DNA of 64,000 bases, from assembly GCA_963767925.1 (NCBI GenBank), contig CAVYGB010000001.1, positions 64,001-128,000 of the forward strand, read 5' to 3'. Source of the stretch: an uncultured delta proteobacterium. GTDB taxonomy: Bacteria; Myxococcota_A; Polyangia; Fen-1088. The notes under the pieces were generated by a model. It did no database searches and was not told the DNA's origin. It worked only from the letters and a program-made list of their open reading frames with translations. Made by a program: the position numbers and the translations under genes. Shown in pieces: positions 29,401 through 43,676 of the stretch. Every line of letters starts with the position of its first letter. Position 1 is the stretch's first letter.

Positions 29401-29560
29401 TGCACCGCTCGCGAAATATCGTCAAGGATCCGCCGACAAGCCTGCGGCCCCGCGAGGCGCGACGACGACGAATATCCGGCATATTCCGAGGAGGAGCAAC
29501 GAAGCGGGGGCGCAGGATCGTCGGCGGAGCCTTGACGATATTTCGCGAGCGGTGCACTAG
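29397..29560. mobile_element. CTAG-bounded 164-bp palindromic element (family B, copy 2)
   Basis: Arms CTAGTGCACCGCTCGCGAAATATCGTCAAGG...CCTTGACGATATTTCGCGAGCGGTGCACTAG; the left CTAG contains the reductase stop codon. Confidence 0.8.
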
Positions 29561-29582
29561 TCCCCGGGCGGCCGGCGGCGGT

Positions 29583-29906
29583 TCAGGCGCGCCGGCGCCG
29601 GCGGCGGCGTGACCGCCGCGAGGGGTGGCGGATCCAGGTGTCGGGCAGGCGGTTGCGATCGGCGGTCGGCTTCGGTGGGGTCTGCTCGGAGGAGGTCTGC
29701 AGGACCACCGGCGGGGCCGGGGCGGTGGCGGCGGCCAGGCCGGGTGCGGTGCGATCCACCTCCCGGTCGGGGGTGACGTAGATGAGGCGGAGCCAGTCGG
29801 CCAGGGTGACGGGCTCGGCGGCGTTCAGGACGGCGGTCTCGGGGAGCACGCCCAGGAAGGCGGCCAGGGCGAGGATCGCGATGCCGCGGCGGAGGAGCTT
29901 CGCCAT
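29583..29906 (-). CDS. Small hypothetical exported protein
   Basis: MAKLLRRGIAILALAAFLG signal-like start; Arg-rich end. Confidence 0.5.
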   Translation of the reverse strand: MAKLLRRGIAILALAAFLGVLPETAVLNAAEPVTLADWLRLIYVTPDREVDRTAPGLAAATAPAPPVVLQTSSEQTPPKPTADRNRLPDTWIRHPSRRSRRRRRRRA

Positions 29907-30108
29907 GCTCAAAAAAATAGCACAGCGGGGTGCGACTGGGCGGGGGGCGAAGCTTCGGGGGTTCGGCGCTGGTCGGGGCCGCTGGCCGGCTGCACTCTTC
30001 TGGCTGCGGGTCGGACGCGGCCTCGGCAGCGCGGCCCGTGCGGGCGGCGGCGAGACCGTGGCGACGGCGCGGGGCCAGCGGGGCGAAGACGCGAAGATAA
30101 GATCAGCC

Positions 30109-30315
30109 ATGAGGGTCGAGCAGCTGATGACGAAAGACGTGGTGACCTGCAGCGCCGACGAGCTCTGCAGCGCCGCCGCCCGCAAGATGTGGGACTGCGG
30201 GGCGCCGGCGGCGCCTCCGCAGGAGCCAGGCATGATCCCCGAGCGCATCCTGCGGTACCTGAAGGCGTCGCGCGCCGCCGCCGCCCTCCCGCCCCGGGCC
30301 CGGGCCCGCGCCTGA
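30109..30315 (+). pseudogene. Truncated CBS-domain gene
   Basis: MRVEQLMTKDVVTC...AARKMWDCG then similarity is lost. Confidence 0.65.
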
Positions 30316-30519
30316 CCCGCCGCCCGGAGGGGGCGTGGCGCCGTGGTGGGCGGCGGGATGGTTCGGGCGGACCGGGCTGGAGAGGGCAGAAACTTGCGAT
30401 CCTGGCGGATCGGTGAGTTGTCGGGCGAGCGCGGTTGGGTGGAAAAATTGCCACGGCGGGTAGGTTGGCGATGATGGCGCAAACGTCTCGCGGCTTTTGC
30501 GCGCGAGCAAGGAGACCAG

Positions 30520-32610
30520 ATGGCATCGTCGTCAAAGAGGGGTCCGGGGATCGGGAACATGAGCCTTTCGTCCGGCTCCCTGGGCAAGGGGACGTCCTCC
30601 TCGAAGCAGGATCGTGCCGTCGAAGGCCTCGTCGCTTCCGATCTGAACGGCAGCACCGGGGAGAGGGCCGTGATCTCCGTCTCGCGCCCGCGCCCGCTTC
30701 CGCGAAAATCCGCCTCCCGCCAGGCCCGGGCCAGGGACGTCACCCCGCCGGAAAAACCTCCGGAGACTCCGCCAGCGAAGCCGGCCAGGACGCCGGCAGT
30801 CGCAGCAGCGAAGGTCCCGGTCTCCGCGCCGGCGAAGCCACCGGCCGTCGCGCCGGCGAAGGCTCCTGGCATCAGGGCAGCGAAGCCGCGCTCCGCACCG
30901 GCGAAGCCACCGGCCCCTGCGTCGACGAAGCTTCCCGTCACCGCGGCTACGAAGGCCCCGGGATCCGCGCCGGGGAAGGGTGCCCCTGCTGAGCCCAGGA
31001 CTCCGACCTCTGCGCCTGGGAAGGTTCCCGTCGTGAAGAAGACCGGCGCGAAGATCGCTCGCCGGCCGGTGGAGGGGGCCCCGGCGCTCTCGCTCGTCCC
31101 GAGCGCTGCGCCCGCCGACCGCGCGGAAACGACCGCGGGCCGGCTCTCGGTGGTGCGGCCGGCTCCGGAGTCAGCCGCCGACACGAGCAAGAAGGCCGAC
31201 CGTCTGGCCCGCATCAAGGCCCTGGCCGCCCGGAACGACCAGCGCCTCCCCCCCACGCGCGCCCCCGCCCGGGAGCCAGCCCCCCTCCCCGCTACCCCCG
31301 AGCTCTCCCCCCCGTCCCGCCCCGCGACCCTGCTCCCCCGGCCCGCGCCACCCCCCAAGGTCCGACCAACCCAGGCCGCCCGGGTCCCGGCCCCGAAGGC
31401 CACCGCCCCCGCCGCGCTGGAGGAGCGCGCCGCGCCTGTCACGCGGATGGAGATCGCCGCGCCCGCCGCGCTGGAGGAGCGCGCCGCGCCTGTCACGCGG
31501 ATGGAGATCGCCGCGCCTGTCCTTCGGGTGGGAATGACCGCACTGGCAGTTGCGGAGACGGCCCCGCCTGTCGCGCCAGTGGGGGCCACGGCCCTGTACG
31601 CGCGCGAGACCGCGCCGATGGAGACGGCCGTGCCCGTCGTTCCGATGGGAGCGACGGCGCTCGTCACGCCGGAGGAAGCCGCAGCTCCGGTGGCCGCGAT
31701 GGAAGCCGCAGCTCCGGTGGCCCCTGGCGCGTCGGCGTGCGCGCCCGTGGCCGAGGAGACGTGGTCGGTGGTGGCGAGCGTGCCCGCGCTGGTTCCGCTC
31801 CAGGACGCGCCCGCCGTGGGTGAAGTACCCGCCGGCGCAGCGATGGAGCTGACCGCCGCGCCGACGCTCTTTGCGCCGGTGCCGGCGGCAACGCCGAGCG
31901 AGGTGGTCCTCCATTCCTCGGAAGACGACCTGCGCGCTGCCACCGCTACCGCCGAGGTCGACGCTTCACCCTTCCTCGAGGCGACGACCGTTCGGAGCGC
32001 CGAGGAGCAGGCGCCTGCCGCGTTCGAGACGCATCCCTTCGAGATGGCAGTGGCGCCCGCCGACGGCTTGATCGAGACACCGGGGGCCAATCCCCCGGCG
32101 TCGGAGCCTTCCGACCCGGTTGCCGGGGTCGTTGTGGCGGTGGCTGAACCCGAGGTGATCGGGTTGGTCTGTGCGACGGCCGCGCCCGAGGAGATGGCGT
32201 CGGCCGAAGCGGTGGCCGAACCGGAGGTGGTCGCGTCGGCGGACATCGCGGGGGAGGGGTTCGTGATCGTCGGGCAAGCGGCGGTGGTGGCTGTGCCGGT
32301 GGTCGAGGGGAACGGGATCGCGGCGGCGTTCGTGTCGGCGGCGGCCATGGGGCACGTGGCGGCGGCTCGAGCGGAGTTTGCCCCCGCGCCGACCAGCGTG
32401 GCCGAGATCCAGACGCAGCCGTTCGAGCGGGCGACAGCCGTGATCTGGCCCGAGCGCACGACCGGCGCGGAGCAGCTCCGGGCGGTGGGGATCCTGCCGA
32501 TGGCCCGGCGGCTCGGTACGCCGGCCGCCCCCCGGCGGCCGGCCCCGGCGCCCCCACCCCTCACCGTGCGCTGGCTGCTGTCGAAGATCCGCCGCTGGGC
32601 AGGTCTCTGA
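30520..32610 (+). CDS. Low-complexity Ala/Pro-rich protein, basic N-half and acidic C-half
   Basis: AAGGAG RBS; PAK repeats; 54-bp tandem duplication; terminal LTVRWLLSKIRRWAGL. Confidence 0.6.
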   Translation: MASSSKRGPGIGNMSLSSGSLGKGTSSSKQDRAVEGLVASDLNGSTGERAVISVSRPRPLPRKSASRQARARDVTPPEKPPETPPAKPARTPAVAAAKVPVSAPAKPPAVAPAKAPGIRAAKPRSAPAKPPAPASTKLPVTAATKAPGSAPGKGAPAEPRTPTSAPGKVPVVKKTGAKIARRPVEGAPALSLVPSAAPADRAETTAGRLSVVRPAPESAADTSKKADRLARIKALAARNDQRLPPTRAPAREPAPLPATPELSPPSRPATLLPRPAPPPKVRPTQAARVPAPKATAPAALEERAAPVTRMEIAAPAALEERAAPVTRMEIAAPVLRVGMTALAVAETAPPVAPVGATALYARETAPMETAVPVVPMGATALVTPEEAAAPVAAMEAAAPVAPGASACAPVAEETWSVVASVPALVPLQDAPAVGEVPAGAAMELTAAPTLFAPVPAATPSEVVLHSSEDDLRAATATAEVDASPFLEATTVRSAEEQAPAAFETHPFEMAVAPADGLIETPGANPPASEPSDPVAGVVVAVAEPEVIGLVCATAAPEEMASAEAVAEPEVVASADIAGEGFVIVGQAAVVAVPVVEGNGIAAAFVSAAAMGHVAAARAEFAPAPTSVAEIQTQPFERATAVIWPERTTGAEQLRAVGILPMARRLGTPAAPRRPAPAPPPLTVRWLLSKIRRWAGL
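31411..31518 (+). repeat. 54-bp in-frame tandem duplication (AALEERAAPVTRMEIAAP x2)
   Basis: Units start at 31411 and 31465. Confidence 0.9.
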
Positions 32611-32826
32611 TCGGCGACCGCTCGCCCTTCGACGGCGAGCTCCCGCGCTCGAAGACGCGCACCCGACGCACAGTCAGAGGTGTCCGTTCCTCCAGAACCA
32701 GCCCAGCGCGTGCAGCAGGTGGGTCTTGCCGAGGCCGCCCCCCCCGCCGTAGATGAGGAGATGAAAAACGGGCGAACCCGCGGTGGCTCACCCACCGGCG
32801 GGACGCCCGTCCGCTCGCGGTGAGCG

Positions 32827-33447
32827 CTACTTCTTCGTGGGCTCGGCGGCGAGGTCGTCGAACTGGGCGACGGTGTCGTCCTTGACCCAGACGCCGACCT
32901 TGCCGGTCTGGGCCAGGGTGGTGTCCTTGGCGTCGAACTGCTTCTTGCCGTCGACGCTGACGGTGATGGCCGTGCCGACGTGCTCGACGGTCAGGGTGTG
33001 CCAGGTGCCGGGCTTGATGGCGGTGGTGGCCACGCCGGCCAGCTTGCGGCGCTTGCCCCCCACGAAGACGTAGAGGTTGATGTTCTCCTCTTCGGGGTTT
33101 ATGCGGGCGACGTAGTAGTTGTCGGGATCCTGCAGGCGCCAGACGACGCCGGCGGCCTGGTAGCCGCCCGCCTGGGTCTTGATGCGGGCCGAGAGCTTGA
33201 GGTCCCCGAAGGCCTGGTCGCCGGCCACCGCCACGGTGTAGCGATCGTCGGTCTTGTCCTCCTGGGACAGGACGAGCCCCTTGCCGACGCTCTTGCCGTC
33301 GGCGCCGCTCGCCGGGCGGAGCACCCACTTGCCGACGGCGCCTTTCTCGGTAGCCGCAAAGGCGAATCCATTCGGCGGGCTGCCCGCCTTGCCGTCATCG
33401 AAACCCCAGCTCGCGGCGAAGAGCACCAGCGTCACAACCAAAGACAT
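32827..33447 (-). CDS. Secreted beta-jelly-roll protein (DUF1080/GH16-like)
   Basis: FDDGKAGSPPNGF, AGVVWRLQDPDNYYVAR, WHTLTV, GKVGVW, FDDL; AAGGAGG RBS. Confidence 0.75.
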   Translation of the reverse strand: MSLVVTLVLFAASWGFDDGKAGSPPNGFAFAATEKGAVGKWVLRPASGADGKSVGKGLVLSQEDKTDDRYTVAVAGDQAFGDLKLSARIKTQAGGYQAAGVVWRLQDPDNYYVARINPEEENINLYVFVGGKRRKLAGVATTAIKPGTWHTLTVEHVGTAITVSVDGKKQFDAKDTTLAQTGKVGVWVKDDTVAQFDDLAAEPTKK

Positions 33448-33574
33448 GAAGAGCCTCCTTTTCGAGTCGTTCCGGGCGCGGGCCCGCCACTTCGAGGCCT
33501 GAATATGAATATTGGTTTCATCTAATGTCAACCCGCCGGGCATATCCAGGCGCCGGTGGGTGACGATCGGACGA

Positions 33575-34387
33575 TCAGAAGACCGCGCCGAAGCCGAGAT
33601 AAGCCAGCGCGCCAACGCGGGTATCGTTCTCGAGGCGCATGCGGATGGCCGAGAGGCCGCCGCCGCCGGTCACTGCGAATCGGCCGAAGGTCACGGTGGC
33701 GGCCGGGCCGGCCAGCAGCTCCCAGTCCGGCTCGCCCGCCGGCTCGTCGCTGTCGCGCTCGAGATCGATGCGGAAGCGGGAGTCGAGGCCCAGGCGCAGG
33801 TTGCCGGTGACCCGGTACAGCGCCGCCAGGCGCGTGTCGCCGTAGTGCTCGCCCTCCTCGAGGCCGAGCCCGTAGCCGGCGTTGCCGAGCAGGTAGAGGT
33901 CGCCGAAGCCGCGCCCGATGGCGACCAGGGCGCCCGCGGCCGGGACCGTGTTGAACCCGTGGGGCTCGTAGCCGGCCGACACGGCCAGATCGATGCCGTG
34001 GCGCTCCTGGCGGAGGGCGTCCAGCTTGGCGGAGACGATCGGCCGCATCTTGCCGTTGGGGCCGACGTAGCTGCCGCCCGCGCGAATCGACAGCGGGCCC
34101 AGCAGGCGCGCCTCGACAACGCTCTCGAAGGCGACCCCGCCCTTGGCGCCGTCGTAGCCGCCCAGGACGTGCGCGAGGCCGCCCTGGCGGTCGCTGCGCG
34201 CGGCCATGCTCCAGGGGGCCAGGCCGCCGCTGTCGGCGGTCCGCGCCGCGCTCGCCGGGCGGGCAGCGCCGTCGTCGCGGGCGAGCTGGGCCAGCGCCGG
34301 GGTCGCGCCGATCGCGATCAGACTTGTCAGGCCGGTCAGGCAGCCGGTGATCCACAGCGAAACGAAGCTTCGGTTTCTAGCGGTCAT
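33575..34387 (-). CDS. Hypothetical exported protein, possible outer-membrane beta-barrel
   Basis: Signal ATPALA; alternating beta-strand pattern; ends YLGFGAVF. Confidence 0.6.
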   Translation of the reverse strand: MTARNRSFVSLWITGCLTGLTSLIAIGATPALAQLARDDGAARPASAARTADSGGLAPWSMAARSDRQGGLAHVLGGYDGAKGGVAFESVVEARLLGPLSIRAGGSYVGPNGKMRPIVSAKLDALRQERHGIDLAVSAGYEPHGFNTVPAAGALVAIGRGFGDLYLLGNAGYGLGLEEGEHYGDTRLAALYRVTGNLRLGLDSRFRIDLERDSDEPAGEPDWELLAGPAATVTFGRFAVTGGGGLSAIRMRLENDTRVGALAYLGFGAVF

Positions 34388-34704
34388 CGTTGGTCTCCCG
34401 TCGACGTGGTCTCCCGTCGGCCGGACCATAGCCCGGGGCGCCCCTCCGGTCAGCGCCGATCTCGACCGCGGAAAGGTTCCCCCGGGCGCCCCCAGGATCC
34501 CTCTGTGATCCCGGCCGGTCCTGGCCCTGGTCGCCGCTCGTAAGAAGAACCGGGCAAACCCGAGCGCCGGGCCGCGGCCGGGTCGGCCGGTGCCTACATT
34601 CGTGGCATGGGCAAGGAGGGTGGCGGTGGGGAGGGGGCGCGTGGCAATGGCGGTGGTGGGGGGACGGTCGGTCGTGGAGAAGACGCCGGCGACCGGGGCG
34701 CCCC

Positions 34705-34875
34705 GCGGACACGTCGTGTTGCCACCGCCAGATCCCAGGTTCGACGGGGTCATTGGCACGACCTACAAGGACTCCCAGCTGGGGGGACCTTCCCTGTCTC
34801 CAGGGCGCCGGAGGGCGCGCCGAACGTGCTGCTGGTGGTGATCGACGACCGCGGCTTTGGCGGCTTCGGTTGCCA
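34705..34875 (+). pseudogene. 5' remnant of an arylsulfatase gene
   Basis: VLPPPDPRFDGVIGTTYKDS / RAPEGAPNVLLVVIDDRGFG in two frames, then ends. Confidence 0.65.
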
Positions 34876-34895
34876 CCTCAGGCGTATAACTGAAT

Positions 34896-35573
34896 ATGCA
34901 AGTCAAAGTCAAGATTGGGCCAGCCCGGCGTCGTGCGTCGGGCGGCCTGCGGCTCGGGCCTCGCCGGTGGCTCGCGGGGGAGCGGGAATGCGGGCATACT
35001 GGTCGACCAGCCGTGTCACCGAACCGACGTGATCTCCTCGTCTCTCCCCTGAAGACAGTTGCCCTCCTGCTCGGGCTCACCCTGGCGTTCCTGCTGCCGG
35101 CGGCGTGCACCTCGCGGGCGCTGAAGAACAGCCGGAACTCGCGGAAGATGTTCATCGAGTCGATCCAGCGCGCGGGGCGGTCGCCGACGGGGGTGTTCGA
35201 CATGCGGGAGCTGCTCCCCTTCGCGTGGGATCGCTTCCTGGTGTTGCCGGCCAACGCCCACGCCGCAGAAGTGAACAGCAAGCTGGGGTTTCAGTGGGAC
35301 GACCTCAACAAGAGCCGCAGCCAGATCCTGCCGCAGTTCCTGCTGCTGGTGTTCGTAAAGGGGCAGAAGGTGGCGGCCTGGATAGATCTCGACCGCAACC
35401 GTTACAGCTTCGAGCCGTTCCTGGACCGGGGGTACGTCGCCCGCGCCGACTCGCTGTTCGACATCCGGGGCGCCGGACGGCGGCGGGTGGAGATCTCCCC
35501 GCGCCGCGGGACCTCCACCACGACCTCCTCGACCCCCCCGCCGCGAGAGCCGGCGCCGAGCGGCCCGCCCTGA
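34896..35573 (+). CDS. Hypothetical lipoprotein
   Basis: LLLGLTLAFLLPAAC lipobox-like; true start probably downstream of 34896. Confidence 0.55.
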   Translation: MQVKVKIGPARRRASGGLRLGPRRWLAGERECGHTGRPAVSPNRRDLLVSPLKTVALLLGLTLAFLLPAACTSRALKNSRNSRKMFIESIQRAGRSPTGVFDMRELLPFAWDRFLVLPANAHAAEVNSKLGFQWDDLNKSRSQILPQFLLLVFVKGQKVAAWIDLDRNRYSFEPFLDRGYVARADSLFDIRGAGRRRVEISPRRGTSTTTSSTPPPREPAPSGPP

Positions 35574-35791
35574 GGGGTGGGCGGCAGGGCGGGCGACGCG
35601 GGGCGGGTCTTAACCATATTGCGTCCCGGCGGGTCGGAGGAGGGACGTTCTGCCGACGTGAGCCCGTCGGTGCGTGCGCGGCGACGCCGACCCGCTCGGC
35701 GCGAAGCTGCGCGGGGGGTGAGATCCCCGCGAAACTCCTCGAAGCGACGCCGGGCCCGCGTTAAACACAAGAGCCCAGCGGCAGGCCCCCC

Positions 35792-36930
35792 ATGATCCTC
35801 ACAGCACAAACATCCAGAATCGCCGTCCTGCTCGCGGGGCTCCTGCTGTCGTCGTGTGGCAAGACCGAGGCGACCGGCGCGGCCGGTCGGGCCCGCCCGG
35901 ACGCCGCGGCCCGCTCGGTGAAGGTGGTGCGGGTCGAGGGTCGCGCCATGGAGCGCTTGCTGCAGGTGGTCGGCACGCTGTCGGCCCACGAGGAGGCCAC
36001 CGTCGCCGCCCAGGTGGCCGGGCAGATCGAGCGGGCGTATGTCGACGTGGGGGATCGGACCAAGGCCGGGACAGCGCATGGCCTCGATCGACACGAGCGC
36101 CTACCAGGCCCTGGTCCGCCAGGCGGCGGCCAACCTGGCCCGCGCCCAGGCCCGCGCCGACAACGTGCGAGCAGACGCTGCGCGCGGGTGCAGCAACTGC
36201 AGAAGGATCGCTTCGCCCCCGCCAGCGAGCTGGACCAGGCGGTGGCCGAGTCGGCCGCGGCCAGGGCCGAGGTCAAGTCGGCGGAGGCGGCCGCCGCCAT
36301 CGCCCGTCTCGAACCTCGAGCGATCGCAGGTCAAGGCCCCCTTCGACGGGGCGGTGGCCGAGCGCATCGCCAGCAGCGGGGACTACGTGGCGGTGGGCGC
36401 GCCGATCGTTTCGCCTCGTGCAGACCGATCCGCTGCGGCTGCGGCTGCAGGTGCCCGAGCGCGAGTCGCCGGCCGTGCGCCTGGGCCAGACGGTGCGGGT
36501 CACGATCGAGGGCGACGCCGAGATCCACCTCGGGCGGGTCACCCGCATCGCCCCCTCGATCCGGGAGAGCGATCGCGTCCTGCAGGTGGAGGCCGACATC
36601 CCCAACGAGGGCGGGCTGCGCGCCGGCCTGTTCGCCCGGGCGGAGGTCGTCATCAGCGATCAGGACCAGGCCATCAGCGTGCCGCCGCGGGCCCTGGTCA
36701 CCTTCGCCGGCCTCGAGAAGGTCGTCGTCGTCAAGGGCGGCAAGGCGACCGAGAAGACCGTCGTCACCGGGCGCCGGGGCGACGGCTGGGTGGAGATCGT
36801 CTCCGGGCTGGCCGCGGGCGACGTCGTCGCGATCGAGCCGGCCGGCCTGCGCACCGGGCAGCCGGTGCGGGCGATCGACACGCCGGCGCCGGGCGGCGGG
36901 GCCGGGGCCGGGGGCGAAGGCAGCTACTAG
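35792..36930 (+). CDS. RND efflux periplasmic adaptor (frameshifted in assembly)
   Basis: Lipobox LSSC, VAAQVAGQI, VKAPFDGAVAER, VPERE, LRAGLFAR, VEIVSGL across several frames. Confidence 0.88.
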
Positions 36931-36951
36931 CCGACCGCGGAACGATAAGCG

Positions 36952-40148
<3,197 letters not shown>

Positions 40149-40156
40149 CGGTCCGA

Positions 40157-40534
40157 CTACTCGCTGAGGTGGGCGTCGACCGAGCTGAGGCCGGGGACGT
40201 CGCGCACCGTGCGCGCGAAGTGGAAGTGCCGGCCGAGGGCAGCCGCCGCGGTGGCCACCCCGAGTCGGACGATGGGGTGGATCTTGGCCCCCACGATCCA
40301 GATGTCGGTGATCTGGCGGCGGTGCCGGGCCAGCCACTCCTGCCACAGCTTGCGTACGGCCGGGTCGTAGCCGGTCATCACCGAGACGTCGGCCACGAAG
40401 ACGTAGCGTCCGGCCGGGTCGAGGAGGTGTTGCATGGCCGCCACGGCCGGCTCCGCGTCGGACAGCTCCCAGCGGCCCGGGGGAATCGTCAGCACCAGCA
40501 GACCGTTGGTGGTCCTCGCGACCCTGGACTGCAT
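40157..40534 (-). CDS. Hypothetical protein, possible STAS/SEC14-like fold
   Basis: FVADVSVMTGYDPAVRKLWQEW, PIVRLG; GGAAAGG upstream. Confidence 0.6.
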   Translation of the reverse strand: MQSRVARTTNGLLVLTIPPGRWELSDAEPAVAAMQHLLDPAGRYVFVADVSVMTGYDPAVRKLWQEWLARHRRQITDIWIVGAKIHPIVRLGVATAAAALGRHFHFARTVRDVPGLSSVDAHLSE

Positions 40535-40712
40535 ACCTTTCCTTCCACCATCGGTGGTTCGGGGGGGCGGCTTGACGGAGCCTCCCGCGACGGGGCGCTC
40601 ACCGAGGGGGGCGACGCGGATCCAAACGCACCCCGGCAGGAAAGCCACACGGGGCGCTGGCCAGGGGTCGCGCCGGTGGAGCAGAATCGACGTCGGGGGC
40701 GGGCGCGCGACG

Positions 40713-41690
<978 letters not shown>

Positions 41691-41737
41691 CCCGCCGCTC
41701 GGGCGGCCTGCGGCGGCCCGGGGTATAAGAGCGCCCG

Positions 41738-42244
41738 ATGCCGCCATCCGAATCGGCCTGTCCGGGTTGCGGCGCCGTGTTGCCGGTGGTGGGTGGGGCG
41801 ACCAATCCCTACCGGGGGGCGTCGCCAGCCTGCTGGGCCCGGGCGGGCGACGTGCTGGCCCGCGAGTTCGGCGAATACGACTACCCGCCGGTGCACCGGC
41901 TGACCGTCGACGCCTATATGGCCCAGCACCCCGGGGGCGAGGTCCCGGGCGCGGTGCGCTCGGTGGCGATCCACCTCATGGCCCTGCACCTGGTCTTCGA
42001 GCGCGGCTACAGCCTGAACGCCACCGACCAGGCCATGCGTGTCCTCGCCCGCCGCGATCAGCCGCTCGTCCACCTGCCGCGCCCCGAGTCGCTCGGCCCC
42101 CTCACCGTCCTGGAGGTGGTCGGCGCGCCCTCGGTCGAGCAGCACACCGAGCGGGTGTGGCTGTGGGCCCGCTCGGTCTGGTCGGCCTGGCACCCGCAGC
42201 ACGCCACCATCCGCGCCTGGTGCCAGGCGCTGCCCCTGCCGTGA
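41738..42244 (+). CDS. DUF5946-like protein
   Basis: CPGCG, GASPACW, LTVDAYMAQHP, SVAIHLMAL, WARSVW. Confidence 0.75.
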   Translation: MPPSESACPGCGAVLPVVGGATNPYRGASPACWARAGDVLAREFGEYDYPPVHRLTVDAYMAQHPGGEVPGAVRSVAIHLMALHLVFERGYSLNATDQAMRVLARRDQPLVHLPRPESLGPLTVLEVVGAPSVEQHTERVWLWARSVWSAWHPQHATIRAWCQALPLP

Positions 42245-42325
42245 GCCGCGGGGCTCGGGCGCGGTCCCTCTCAAGCGCAGGCCTGAGCGGTCCGATGTGG
42301 CCTCCGGTACGAGAAGGAGGCTGCT

Positions 42326-42961
42326 GTGACGCGGAGCTGGGCGTGGGGCGTGATCGGGCTGTGGTCGAGTGTGGGGCTGCTCGGGTGCGATCCGTGTGAT
42401 GTGGACGCGACCAGCCCCGAGTGCACGGGGGTCCATCCCGTGACGGTGACGGTGGAGCTGCAGAGCGCGCTCATCGGGCCGGGCAAGCTGGATCGCACGG
42501 CCTGGGATGGGGACGGGACGATGGTGTCGACGGAGGTGTGGTCGCAGCTCGCCACGGCGCTGGCGGGGGCCAATCCCTACGCAGCGGCGGCGGCGCTGCT
42601 GGTCAACCCGGTGCTGGCGGGAACCAAGGCCCCGGATCCGCTGGGGACGGCGCGGCTCGATGTCGGGCAGGGCATCGGCCTGACGATCACCCTGGCCGAT
42701 CCCGCCACCAACATGGAGGACACCTACGCCACCACCTGGAGCTGGCCGGCCATCTGGCAGAAGGTGCCGATCGACATGCCCCTGCGCATCCGGGTCAGCC
42801 TCACCGACGAGGACCTGGTCAACCACGACGCCATCGGCGTGGCCGAGCTGAACAACAGCCACCTGCGCGCCGCCCTGATGGCCGGGCAGGTCTACCACGT
42901 GCCGGTAGCCGACCAGACCAACCAGCAGATCCTGTTCCTGGGGATCTCCGTCCGTCAGTAG
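42326..42961 (+). CDS. Hypothetical lipoprotein, possible C2-like fold
   Basis: AAGGAGG RBS, lipobox LLGC, AWDG, APDP, LTDEDLVNHDAIG. Confidence 0.65.
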   Translation: MTRSWAWGVIGLWSSVGLLGCDPCDVDATSPECTGVHPVTVTVELQSALIGPGKLDRTAWDGDGTMVSTEVWSQLATALAGANPYAAAAALLVNPVLAGTKAPDPLGTARLDVGQGIGLTITLADPATNMEDTYATTWSWPAIWQKVPIDMPLRIRVSLTDEDLVNHDAIGVAELNNSHLRAALMAGQVYHVPVADQTNQQILFLGISVRQ

Positions 42962-42971
42962 GGCCTGGCAG

Positions 42972-43460
42972 GCCCTGCGCCAGGCGCTGGTCAACGTCGT
43001 CGGCAACGCCCTCGAATACGGCGGCCCGCAGCCGGTGGTGACGGTGCGGATCGCCGAGGTGGAGACGCCGGCCGGACCGGAGGCGCGGGTCGCCGTCACC
43101 GACAGGGGCATCGGCATCCCCGCCTCGAGCTGCGCCACATCTTCGAGCCCTTCTTCCGCGGGCGCGAGGCGCTCGGCCAGCAGATCCACGGCACCGGGCT
43201 GGGGCTGTCCCTGGTGACCCGGGTCATGAAGGCCCACGGCGGCCACGTCTCGGTCGAGAGCACCCCCGCGCGCGGCACCTGCTTCACCCTGCGCCTGCCG
43301 GCCCGCCCCGGCGCCGGGGGGCAGCGGGGTCGACGTCTGCAGCCAGCTCCGCGCCCGGGGCGTGACGACGCCGGTGATCATGTCGACCGCGCGCTCGGCG
43401 GTGGTCGACAAGGTCATCGGGCTCAAGATGTCGGGTAGCGCCACGCCCTTCGAACCGCCG
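42972..43460 (+). pseudogene. Joined remnants of a histidine kinase HATPase domain and a response regulator
   Basis: [41 protein letters not shown], then DVCSQLR...PVIMSTAR...DKVIGL; no start or HisKA domain. Confidence 0.8.
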
Positions 43461-43643
43461 ACCCTCCCCTCACCCTGGGCTGCCTGACCCGTCCCCTGGC
43501 GATCGCCCCGGGGGCGGGTGTTCGCTACCCAGGCACAGTGTTCCCGGTCCCCAGTCACGTGATTCCTGGAGGCTCTCCGGGGAGTCCGCCGGGAAAAGGA
43601 CGTCGTTCCGGGGTTGTCGGGCGCGGCCCGGGCGGACAGGGCC

Positions 43644-43659
43644 TGGCACGGGTTGTGCG
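43644..43659 (+). promoter_or_regulatory. Possible sigma54 promoter
   Basis: TGGCACG-GGTT-GTGC with correct GG/GC spacing just above ATG 43677. Confidence 0.35.
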
Positions 43660-43676
43660 ATGTCCGGGATCGCACC

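Noticed and set aside
29583..32795. 1070-aa minus-strand ORF
   Set aside because: Mostly the antisense of the low-complexity gene; only 29583-29906 looks independently coding.
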